From Azolla caroliniana (lineage: Eukaryota; Plantae; Polypodiophyta), in NCBI GenBank assembly GCA_043228905.1, contig JBHGNT010000110.1, positions 18,326 through 82,325 of the forward strand: 64,000 bases of DNA. The letters run 5' to 3'. Below are positions 13,343 through 23,460 of this stretch, piece by piece (within the stretch, counting starts at the first letter, position 1; the number at the start of each line of letters is the position of its first letter). The notes beneath the pieces were generated by a model. It saw nothing but the letters and a program-made list of their open reading frames with translations, searched no databases and was not told the origin of the DNA. The translations under genes were made by a program, and so were the position numbers.

Positions 13343-14353
13343 TCCACTTGTAGAATCTTCTTAAAACGAAGAAAATACACCCTCTCTACAATAATTGGAT
13401 GCACTAGTATCACATGTTCCTCAACTTGATAAGAATTTGCAAATATAAAAATACATGATAGATCTACGAGTGGAGATCATTAGAAATCATGCAAGTTTAG
13501 ACATGTTGATAAGTTAATGTATCTAAATAAAGTTCAACTATGGCTCAATATGGCACTATTGTGCGACAAGGGAAACACTAACTTAAAGACTTATATTAAT
13601 TAGGTAGGTTTTACAAAAATATGAGGTGTACTTGTATCCATACTAATAAAATGAGATATAATTTATACTTTGACCCATACGTGCATGTATGTAATTGTCG
13701 AAAATGTAGGATAGTGCACATTAGGATAAGTGATTGGAATAACTAACTTATTAAAGTATTCAATACTTATATTAAAAGTTGATCTAATCTATTCCTCAGT
13801 TTGTTCATATGGGATCAAACCATATGTGTATATAATTGTGCACAATGTAAGGCAGTGAACTTTAGGATAATGTCGTGGAAATAACAAACCTATTAGGCTT
13901 TCATACCTGTATTTAAAATTGATCTACTCTATTGCTTAGGTGATTCACACAAGATCAAACTCCGAACGATAACGCAACTGGAACCATTATCAACACACTA
14001 CACAATCTAAGCAGCAATGGAATAGAAACATAATAGTTTTAACAATATAAGACAAAGATCCATAATAACAACATGGACAGTCATGGCAATAATTATAGGG
14101 CCATGTTCTGTTAAGGTTAGCTTGGACCAAAATCAGCCTCCATTTAAGCTAGTTCATGTTTCTCCATAAGTTTGGTAGTCAGTTATGCACGCGGTGAAAC
14201 CAATATCATAAATCTACTAATCAAGTATATAAAAATAAAATTGAAACATATAGATGATTATAAAGAATAGAATCCACTAGGTAAAACCCAAAATCTGTAT
14301 TAATAATGTGAAATCTTAACAAATCGTCAGTGTCATATTCTTTATAGAGTCTA

Positions 14354-17300
14354 TTACATAGCAATCAATTCATCAACGTCATTTTCTTCATCATCTTGTG
14401 TAGAACTGTCTTCGGCTATACGTGCATTGGTTTCCCCTGTTAGCCGAGCCAACGAAATATCTTCTATAAGCTCATCATCAAGCTCTATTAGCTCCCCCGG
14501 TTCGCCGGCTAACGGAGGAATAGGCTCTCGCGAAGCAGGTTGAAACCTTTCTGTATTGGCGAGGTTCTTTGCACCGACCTCCTCATCCTGGTCTGGGCAC
14601 TCCCACAAAGCCTTAATCCGCATATTAATAAATATAACTTGGTCCTCGTCCTTCTCCAATGCAACTGTATTTCTAAACAGCTTCAATGCACATGCTGACG
14701 TAGTTCCTATGATGTAAGTAACAAGAAGATTTAGTTGTCAAACGAAAAAAAGTGATTGGTTATCTCAAGATCGTTACCCTAGTTCGAGGAATACCTGTGC
14801 CAGAAAAGAGATCTAATATCCAGTCTCCTTCGACAGAAAACATCTCGATCAAGCGCATCATAAGTCGTTGAGGTTTTTGGTATGGGTTGACAAGTCCCCG
14901 TTCTGTCGTGGTGACATGTCGCAATTTCCGAGTCACTGCTGGATATACCAACAGATTTGAACCTCCCACTTCATTAGAATGCTCTTTGATTCTCTGTTTT
15001 TTAATTTCATCGAAGTAGCCAACCGTTATGTATTCAATGGCATTAACGAACCGAAAAGTTGGCCCTCTATTTACATTGGTCTTGATCCTATAAAAAATAA
15101 TTCATCGAGTTAAGAATAGATTCAACAACCTTAAGAATTGCAATATAATGAAAGACACCTATAAATAATCCTTACCATGCAAGGTTCTCGATGCCATGGC
15201 AACGAGATCTCAAAGCTTGAGCTACCGAGTACCCTTGGTCCATACTATGAAAGACAACTATTCGCCACAAGGATGCGGTCGTTAGCTCAGCGAAATCCTT
15301 GACCATCTTCTCCAATTGTTTAAACCTAAACGGTTCATCGTCGTATGATGACCCAGCCATTCGAAATCCGTAAGGAATATCCGCAATCATTAGCGTATAT
15401 TCCTTCTTTGGCACCTTCTGGATCAAGTCGATGACATCACCGCAAACCACATTGTAGTAAAGATCTCTCGTAATATCTTTTTTGTGGCTAAATTTTTTAA
15501 ATGAGCCATCTTCCTCCATTTCGTACGCCTTGACTAAGCGACGATCCTTTTCTTTTCTGGCTCGCTCGAGATGTGCAAGGAAGGATGTAGGGAAATCGTG
15601 TATATCCTTAACTTCTCCTTGTTTCTTGCCTCGACACGGTTTCTAATAGAAGCAATAGGACATCAGGTATTATTATACAAGCTCTACATATGATGAAAGG
15701 GTAATGAAAAAACATCAATACTAACCCAATCCTTGAATGCAATAAAATACTCTGATAACGCCTTATACGAAGACGTTAGAGGATAATCCTCGGTCACTTG
15801 TTCCCAAGTTATACATCCAAGTTGTTTCATCATTACTTCTTGGATCTTCATGTACACCTTATGACTATAAAATTAGAAATCAAGATTAGAACTTTGAATT
15901 ACACCAGATAGACTACAATTTCAGTATTTGAAAGACTTACTTATTGAACTCAGTGACCATTTCTTCAAGGCTTAAATCTTTCGCCACAACCCTTGACAAA
16001 ACCGACACAAGAAGCTGCTCGTCCTTAATACCTTGCATCGCTCTCCATAGAGACAGCTTCATGTCGTCTACCGCTTCTTCAATTGTCAAGTCAATTTTCT
16101 TGGCGGCTTGTGACTTTAATTCTAGTTGAGGGTCAACCCTACATTTCTTTTGTCGTTGACCCTTTACCTCCTTATTCTCCCACATTGAGAATATTTGATC
16201 TTGGAGGTCCCATACTTCTCCATCTCTAAACGCCAATTGAAACCAAGATTCATACTTTCGAAGACCATCGGACCTAACATTATCATCTACCACAATGCCG
16301 ACTTCATGCAGACATTGACGTCGAAGGCCTGGATGTAACTTCACACCAAACTTTTGTTTCACATCTAAATACTCGTGGTGGAAGAACCGTATACGCTCAA
16401 TAGACGACATTTTCTGCCTATAGTCATTATCATTATTATGGTCCCATGCCAACAGCTTAGCCTCTTCGGTTGTGAGCCCAACATAAATTTTGCACTCGGC
16501 ATACTTGAAGAAGAAAGTGGTTGGATGTTCTCTCACAAGTTGCCGACGTGCCTCTGCTGAATGCGATCCACCAATGACAAAATAATTATATTGATCATGC
16601 TTTCTGATATCAAAATCTTCAATGGTTTCACATTCTTCAGGATCCACCATAACAATAAAAGGCACCACTGTGGCATGAGGATTAATTTTCATTTTTTTCT
16701 TGAGATTTTGAACATGCATGCGATGAGGCTCTCTAATCTCAAGTGGTCTTCGACCTGTTTTTTCATCAATAGGGGGCCGATGGATGTGTGTTATAGGCAA
16801 ATTAAATACTTGCCCTTTCCTGACCAGCTTCCGTTGCATTAACTCTCTCCTTATTTTATTCTGCTCGGATGACAAGACACCTGAGGCCAGCTCGGCTCCT
16901 GGCGTCCCCTTATTATCCTCTTCTTCATTTTCACTTGTCGAATCCGTATCCGACATTTTCGTTGTCTTCTTCTTGGGTGGTCTTGACTGGACTTTGGATA
17001 CCTTTTTTGTGGCCTTCAAGTGGGAGGGCTCTTCATCTCTTAGAGTTACATGGCCTTGTATATAAGGCCTCAAGGTAACAATCAAGTTTTGTGAGTTATC
17101 AAGTGCTTTTTTGAACACTTCAGGCCCACAAGATTCCTTTACTAAAAGGTCTTCTGAAAGGAACACTTTGCGTACCCCCTTGGAGCACTCTATCATTACC
17201 AGTATGTTGGCCGAATCTGCATCTTCGTAGTCAAATCGTAGAATTCGGCCATACATAAATGGAGTTTCTTTTCCTAGCTGCCCCTCACCCTTCTTCTTTG

Positions 17301-18469
17301 CTGTATACAATACGACTTTTTTCTTTGAGTCGACATATTGCATACACCATTCCTTGTCCGTTAGATCTCGGTCAGGAAGGTCTTCGCCTCCAGTAGCGGC
17401 GACAAGTTTCTTTTGGCTTACATCACTATGTGGCTGAGATTTTGTCACTTCGTTAAAGAGAAGCTTTTTTCCTCTCTTCATGGTCTCAGGAGTTACCTTG
17501 GTCTGGGCTTCGATTGGAGAACCTTGTATGCGAAGCTTAATTTTCTTCACGGGTCGGTCTGACAGGTTCTCAAACGACCTATTTAAGAAAGTATATGCAA
17601 AAACATAAGTTAGACAGTCACGTAGATTGAAGTTGTTATTATAATGAAGAACAGTTTCCAGGAGCAGTAACATATTCAAAAATCTATTATAGGCAGGCCT
17701 ATTCAACCTAGAAAATATATATCGTAATAAGTAAAACGGGTTATATATTCTTTTAAATAGTAGGTATGACTTATATAGATTCTAAACCTATGTTGAGGAG
17801 AATTTGCCATAGTGAAGGCAATTTGTAGATCATTTTCTACTATTTTAAGCTAAAGTAGGTCATAAAACACCTATAATTAGAGCATGTATTTATTTAAAAG
17901 TAAGTAAAGTCAACATAAAAAAGACTGATTTTGCCAGACAATTTGATATCATTTCCACCCCATAAACGATTTTTCTCTCTCAAAGCCTTCTTATATACAG
18001 GGACTCGATACGCCGTATCGAGTTCGTGTTTAAAGTGTAGGTTTTAAACACGAACTCGATACGCCGTATCGAGTTCGTGATTAAAGTTTGAATTTTAAAC
18101 ACGAACTCGTTACGCCGTATCGAGTTCGTGTTTAAAACCTACACTTTAAACATGAACTCGATACGGCGTATCGAGTTCATGTATACAATACAAATATTTA
18201 TACACGAACTCGATACGGCGTATCGAGTTCGTGTTTAAGTCCTACACTTTAACCATGAACTCGATACGGCGTATCGAGTTCCGGTTTAAAGTGTGGGTTT
18301 TAAACACGAACTCGATACGCCGTATCGAGTTCGTGTATAAATATTTGTATTGTATACATGAACTCGATACGCCGTATCGAGTTCTTGAGAAACGAAACAT
18401 ATTTACAAAAATGTCCACAGTGTCAGAGGCCTACCTGGAGTCCTCGCGCTCGATTCTCTTGGAAGACAT
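14354..18469 (-). CDS. Spliced gene: ParB/Srx-like domain plus beta-class N6-adenine/N4-cytosine DNA methyltransferase, ~974 aa
   Basis: Exons 18469-18435, 17578-15941, 15864-15726, 15642-15176, 15087-14795, 14706-14354; all five introns GT...AG and phase-compatible (2925 nt, no internal stop). Motifs: motif IV IADIPYG (DIPY at 15370-15381); WIK..EY; NPYQKP; motif I ILDLFSGTGTT; ParB-like YFVIGGSHSAEARR. Confidence 0.85.
17998..18387. repeat. Array of 8 palindromic 31-bp repeats (CAYGAACTCGATACG-S-CGTATCGAGTTCRTG) with 20-21-bp AT-rich spacers, inside predicted intron 1
   Basis: Units start at 17998, 18049, 18100, 18151, 18203, 18254, 18305, 18357; period 51-52 bp. Confidence 0.95.
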
Positions 18470-18612
18470 GGTTGATCGTGTTAAAGTGGAGGCGGAGATC
18501 GCGCTTTCGTGCTTTGTGCTCTGAGTGCTTTGTGTGCTCTGTGTGCTCTCTGCGTTCTGTGTGCTCTGTACGCTCTGTACGCTCTGGTGAGTGAAATATG
18601 ATGAGGTCTTCC

Positions 18613-18620
18613 TATTTATA
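18613..18620 (-). promoter_or_regulatory. Putative TATA box of the methyltransferase gene
   Basis: TATAAATA on the minus strand ~145 bp upstream of the exon-1 ATG (18469); 9-bp CAGAGCACA-like tandem repeats in the predicted 5' UTR. Confidence 0.6.
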
Positions 18621-19291
18621 GGGATTGAACCCATGGTTAAAGTAAGCACAGTCACCTTAACCAATGTTGGTAACTTTGAGGATAGTTAGTTTGTAACCAT
18701 AGTCACATTAACTATAGTAACTTATGATTGTATTAATGATTACAAAGTCAAACTAACATATTGATCAATCTTTTATACTCATAACAACCTACAATCACTT
18801 CAAAGGTTATGAAGGAGACAATGATAGAGGTTCATGAATGTACCAATGATTGATTACTAAAAGCAACAATTTTTATGACTCTCAAATGTTATGTATTAAA
18901 GATGTGGGCATGAATTAACCAATGATTGATAAGTCTAATATTTAAAATGGTGAGCATTAAAGAACCAATGAGTGAGACGTTCTATATCAAAATGGGTGTC
19001 ATTAATTAGCCAATGATTTTAACATTAATCCAACATATTCAAGGCTTGTTAATGATTAGTTTTATATTTTACTTGATTTAACATCATTTAGATCTAGTTT
19101 ATATAATGATTGATAATTTAAGTTAAATTACTTTATTAAAAATAATTTTTAGATGTATTGTATTAATAGAATATTACATAATATAGACATTCTATTGATT
19201 TGGCTTTTGTTTAGAGAGAAGTTTATGTTTAGGGAGGAGTATATGGTTAGAGAGGAGTATAACTTAGAGAGCCCTATCTAGACCTTAAGCC

Positions 19292-22072
19292 ATGAGTGAA
19301 GATTCACCGTTCTTGATTGAAGAATATTGTTTGTCATCAGACCCATCGTTTTCTACTGAAGAGTATTGTTTGTCAACAGAGTCACCACATTCGATTGAAG
19401 AATATTGTCTTTCGACCGACTCACCATATTCTATCGAAGAATATTGTCTGAGCTCATCTACAGGGAATGTAAATAATGACACATGTGAAGAGTTCTCTAT
19501 TGAAGAATACGATATTAATAAAGATACCGAGAATGAAGGAAGTGCCCAGGAAACATTGAATAACATTGGCGATGGTCAGAACAGAGAATTAGACTGTAAC
19601 AAGGTTACACCAACCTCTATGCAGGAAGAGAAATCTGGGAGCCCTATGCATATTAGAAGAATCCCACGAAGAATTCGTCTAGCTAGATTTATCTTGGTGA
19701 CATCAGATAAACAGATTGGATTTGATGTCAACAAAATATGTTGTGCCCGTGGTTGTATGTCTATGATTGGAAAATCAAAGTTGCGAGAATTAAGGCGATA
19801 CTATTTTTCGATGACCGGTGATGAGCAAGACACTTACCTCGGATCACATATGCAACTAGTATCTGACAAATGTACGGGGATGAAAGTATCATTCGAGTAT
19901 TATATCTTCCATGCGCAACAGATATGTAGAGTTGCATTCAAAATTGTGTTATGTGTTAGTAACATGCGGCTACATAGAGTACAACAACGTCTACTTAGCG
20001 GGGATCAGATGCTCAATTGTAAAGAGGTTCCAAGTATGAAAGGTGCAATTGGAAGACTGGCGATTGGCTGGATGAAAACTTACTTTCAGTTAAATTGTGA
20101 AGTAATGCCCACTACAGGTAGGATGCATCTTTCTGATAATTATACCCGTCGGGAAGTTTATGATGTCTATCGATCTGAAATGCTGGGCTCACGTAATAAG
20201 TCTATCACCTATAGCCAATTCACAAGATTATGGAGAGCTCGGTTTTCAAATGTTATTATTCCTCGTAAAGTACGTATGGGTTATTGCTCCATTTGTGCAA
20301 ATCTTAAAAGTTTGGCTAAAGGTGCAAAGACATCAATGGAAAAGGATACGAGTAAGAAGTTACTACAAGAGGATCGTGAGGCACAATCCTTAGAACGAAC
20401 GAAGGCGATGCATCATAGAGAGAAGTGTTTGAAGAGGCCTGAACAATACATGTGCTTAATGATAGATGGCATGGACCAGAAGAAGACATGCTTGCCGCAT
20501 ATGCGGAGGCTCCCCAAAGATGTCAATGATGAGTGCCTTGTTCAAATGCACTTGGTGGGATGCTTGGCTTATAATAGGTCTGTTCGACCTCACGTCTTCA
20601 TTACTTACCCCAATGTTCACAATGACCCTAACCTAACAGTTACGGTGATTCACCGAGTTTTGATGTCTTGGGGACAACCTTTCCCCCCTGTTCTATACAT
20701 TCAATTGGACAATACTGCTAGAGAGAACAAAAATTCAACTGTATTTGGCTATCTAAGTATGTTGGTCAACCTAGAATTGTTTAGGAAAGTGAAAGTCAAT
20801 TTCCTTTTGGTTGGCCACACACATGACCATATAGATCAGATGTTTAGCACATTCTCCAGACAGTTGTCTCGGCATGATGCTTTCACTTTACCTAAACTAT
20901 TTGATGTCATTTGTGATGCATATACACCACGCCCAAAAGTGTTACACTTGAAGGAGGTATATGACTTTAAGAGATATATATTAGATGGGGGTGGTGGGAA
21001 TGTTAAAGTGCTTGCTCAGTTAAACAATATAAGTTTCAATCACATTTTTTTGATAAAGAAAAATGGAATAAGTGGTTCTACACTTTTGTATGCTAAACAA
21101 TATTCATCTTCTACAACATGGGAACCTGAAGGTGGTTGCCAGTTATTACTTTGTATGCCGAGTACAATTGTCCATGGAGCTAAGCAAATGCCAATTGAGA
21201 AGAAAGGACAGTTGCAGAGCGACTTGGTACTAGAACAAAAACGGTCATGGCTCCAAGCCTTAGAAGAAAAAAGAAAACATATTGAGGCCGCCAAGAAATA
21301 TGCCGCACAACAAGACACGTCATGGTGGGATGTATTTTATAGTGATCAGAAAGAAATTATAGACCATTGTGTATCTGTTGATAATTGGAATTTGGAAATG
21401 CCATTCACATGGTCGCTGCAACATGATCGCGTAAATAGAAGTCCGGAGCGACTAGTAAATGCGATTAATGACAGCTTGGTCCATCCACAACAAAGAGACA
21501 TTTATGTGGGACCAAGGATGACCAAAGCAGCCGAAGCTAGATGGCAAGGAAATTTGCAAGAGCTCACCGCGGGGATGTTGATTGCAACGCCGGCTGATGA
21601 GAACTCACATGGCCACCAATTTTGGGTTGGTAAAATTCTAGAAGTGCTAATGCATGAAATAGAAAACACGATCAAGTCTATAAATGTTCATTGGTACAAC
21701 ACTAGAAGTGCAAATGCTTTTACAGGTAAGTATACATTGGAGATGATTGAATGCCAAACAAGAAGGGGAGGTAGGAAGAGGAAGCGAAACATTCGTAACA
21801 CCTCGACCCTTGATATCTCTGATGTGGATATCATCGTGTACGACTTCACACTTACAAAAGCCGGACGATTAAGGAAGTCAACAATAGATATAATAAAAGA
21901 AAAATTACCAGGTCTACAAGGTGGCTCGAGTCAAAGGCAAACGAGATCTGCTACATATAATCTAGAGTCAAACCATTTGGTTTATGACGAAGATAATGCA
22001 CTGATTGGTACATCCGAGGATGATGAGGAGGAATCGTCATTGTATATTAGTTATAGTAGTGATTCTCCGTAA
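19292..22072 (+). CDS. DDD transposase, Sola-like (DUF7869-type by motif recall), 926 aa
   Basis: CCxxxC and CxxC cysteine motifs; catalytic-type motifs LMIDGMDQ, LYIQLDNTARENKN and FLLVGHTHDHIDQMFS; uninterrupted ORF inside the TIRs. Confidence 0.85.
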   Translation: MSEDSPFLIEEYCLSSDPSFSTEEYCLSTESPHSIEEYCLSTDSPYSIEEYCLSSSTGNVNNDTCEEFSIEEYDINKDTENEGSAQETLNNIGDGQNRELDCNKVTPTSMQEEKSGSPMHIRRIPRRIRLARFILVTSDKQIGFDVNKICCARGCMSMIGKSKLRELRRYYFSMTGDEQDTYLGSHMQLVSDKCTGMKVSFEYYIFHAQQICRVAFKIVLCVSNMRLHRVQQRLLSGDQMLNCKEVPSMKGAIGRLAIGWMKTYFQLNCEVMPTTGRMHLSDNYTRREVYDVYRSEMLGSRNKSITYSQFTRLWRARFSNVIIPRKVRMGYCSICANLKSLAKGAKTSMEKDTSKKLLQEDREAQSLERTKAMHHREKCLKRPEQYMCLMIDGMDQKKTCLPHMRRLPKDVNDECLVQMHLVGCLAYNRSVRPHVFITYPNVHNDPNLTVTVIHRVLMSWGQPFPPVLYIQLDNTARENKNSTVFGYLSMLVNLELFRKVKVNFLLVGHTHDHIDQMFSTFSRQLSRHDAFTLPKLFDVICDAYTPRPKVLHLKEVYDFKRYILDGGGGNVKVLAQLNNISFNHIFLIKKNGISGSTLLYAKQYSSSTTWEPEGGCQLLLCMPSTIVHGAKQMPIEKKGQLQSDLVLEQKRSWLQALEEKRKHIEAAKKYAAQQDTSWWDVFYSDQKEIIDHCVSVDNWNLEMPFTWSLQHDRVNRSPERLVNAINDSLVHPQQRDIYVGPRMTKAAEARWQGNLQELTAGMLIATPADENSHGHQFWVGKILEVLMHEIENTIKSINVHWYNTRSANAFTGKYTLEMIECQTRRGGRKRKRNIRNTSTLDISDVDIIVYDFTLTKAGRLRKSTIDIIKEKLPGLQGGSSQRQTRSATYNLESNHLVYDEDNALIGTSEDDEEESSLYISYSSDSP

Positions 22073-22394
22073 AGGAGTGATCATGAATGTATATTTGGCT
22101 ATTAAGTGTAACTACATTCCGCTTGTAACAAATCGAGTAATATAAAATCATGTGTTTTGAATTCTTATGATTTCCCAAAAATCGTTTCTTATAAAATAAC
22201 ATTGGTTGTAAAGTTTGTGATATAAATTGAGAATGTATGTTTTTGAAATTCGTCTTTTTTTAGTTACTTCTAAATCACGAAAATAGTGGATTTTTAACCT
22301 TTTTCATAGTATGTTTGAACTTGTATGATACTGGTATCAATGTGTTTTGTAAAATCATTGAAAAACCCCTAAAATTTCCCTTATCCTTCCATTT

Positions 22395-22430
22395 ATGCGC
22401 GATCCTTCCACTTGTGAACGCGAACGTGTT
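22395..22430 (-). repeat. Right terminal inverted repeat
   Basis: Reverse complement of 13307-13342. Confidence 0.95.
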
Positions 22431-23460
22431 AATTCGTGATGACTCGCGAAAGCTACCAGATGCATTCCGTGATCCGACATCGAGACAAGCTCCACCTGAC
22501 CTACCCGCCGACCGTCCATTACAAGTGGATGGTGGACTTAGTGACAATGCCAATGGGGGTAGGGCAGATGTGTTACCTGGTGCTTGCACGGGAGAACCTT
22601 ACGAACGAGGTAGAAGGTCGTGCGCTACAAAACAAGATGACTACGGTCGTGTGCCGATTCCTAATTGAGGAGGTGGTATGCTGGTACGGGTGCGTGGGGA
22701 AGATCGTAGCCGACCGGGGAGAGTTGGATGCGCAGGAGGCGGAAGAGTTGTTCGGTCGGTTGGGGGTCAAGCTTTCCCTCACTACGGTGTACAATCCGGA
22801 GGCAAACGGGAAGGTAGAGCGCGGGCACGAGCCGATCGTGAAGGCGTTGGTACAGGCTTGCGAAGGACAAGTCGGGAATTGGCCGCGGCTCCTGCCTTAC
22901 GCATTGTGGGTTGATCGAACTACGCATAGTTCGATAACCGGGTTCATGCCAGTCGAGCTGATGTACGGGCAGAAGCCAGTCATGCCGATGGAGCGGACGA
23001 TCTCCTCATGGGTTGGGTGGACTGGAGAGGCGAGATGAGCCGGGAAGAGTTGTTGGCGGCGCGGATTCGCCAGCTTGAGCGAAGACCGGAGGACGTGGAC
23101 TTGGTGAAGACGAAGTTGCACGCGGCGAGGGTGAAGAATAAAGGCCAGTTTGACTAGACGCACCGGCTACGACCGAAGAAGGTCGAGGAAGGCGACTGGG
23201 TTCTAGTTTACAACAGCAGCCTCAACAATCAGCACAAGGCAACGCATAAGTTCACGAGAAGGTGGTTCGGACCCTATTTCGTAACGAGCACGAACATCAA
23301 CGACACCTACCACCTTGCGGAGCTCGACAAAACGCGGATAGAAGTACCGGTAACCGGTAAGAGGGTCAAGGTGTTCAAGAAAAGGCACGAAGACGAGCCG
23401 GACCCGGTAAGTGCGGACAACGGGGACGACAAACCAGAAATCGACGATTGAAAACGAGCT
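22431..23460 (+). pseudogene. Gypsy B integrase (continuation after the DNA transposon)
   Basis: WMVDL, IVADRGE, YNPEANGKVER and GPY motifs; frameshifted. Confidence 0.9.

Larger units (their letters stand above)
13307..22430. mobile_element. 9.1-kb TIR DNA transposon (Sola-like) carrying a ParB-like/DNA-methyltransferase cargo gene
   Basis: 36-bp TIRs (AACACGTTCGCGTTCACAAGTGGAAGGATYGCGCAT, 1 mismatch); AATT at 13303-13306 and 22431-22434; removing the insert restores host integrase MYRDVHQFVMT; AT-rich interior versus GC-rich host. Confidence 0.95.

Noticed and set aside
17579-17706. N-terminus of the 589-aa ORF as called by the ORF track
   Set aside because: Non-ATG start; the region looks intronic (CTAAC branch point, pyrimidine tract, TAG acceptor at 17579) and joins in phase to an ATG exon at 18469-18435
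17998-18387. CRISPR array (31-bp palindromic repeats with 20-21-bp spacers)
   Set aside because: Spacers are not unique (two families, reused in both orientations), repeats flip orientation, no cas genes are present, and the array lies in a predicted spliceosomal intron
14354-18469. Bacterial contamination or prophage as the source of the methyltransferase
   Set aside because: The gene has five in-phase GT-AG introns and a TATA box, and sits inside TIRs with a clean target site in a plant retrotransposon
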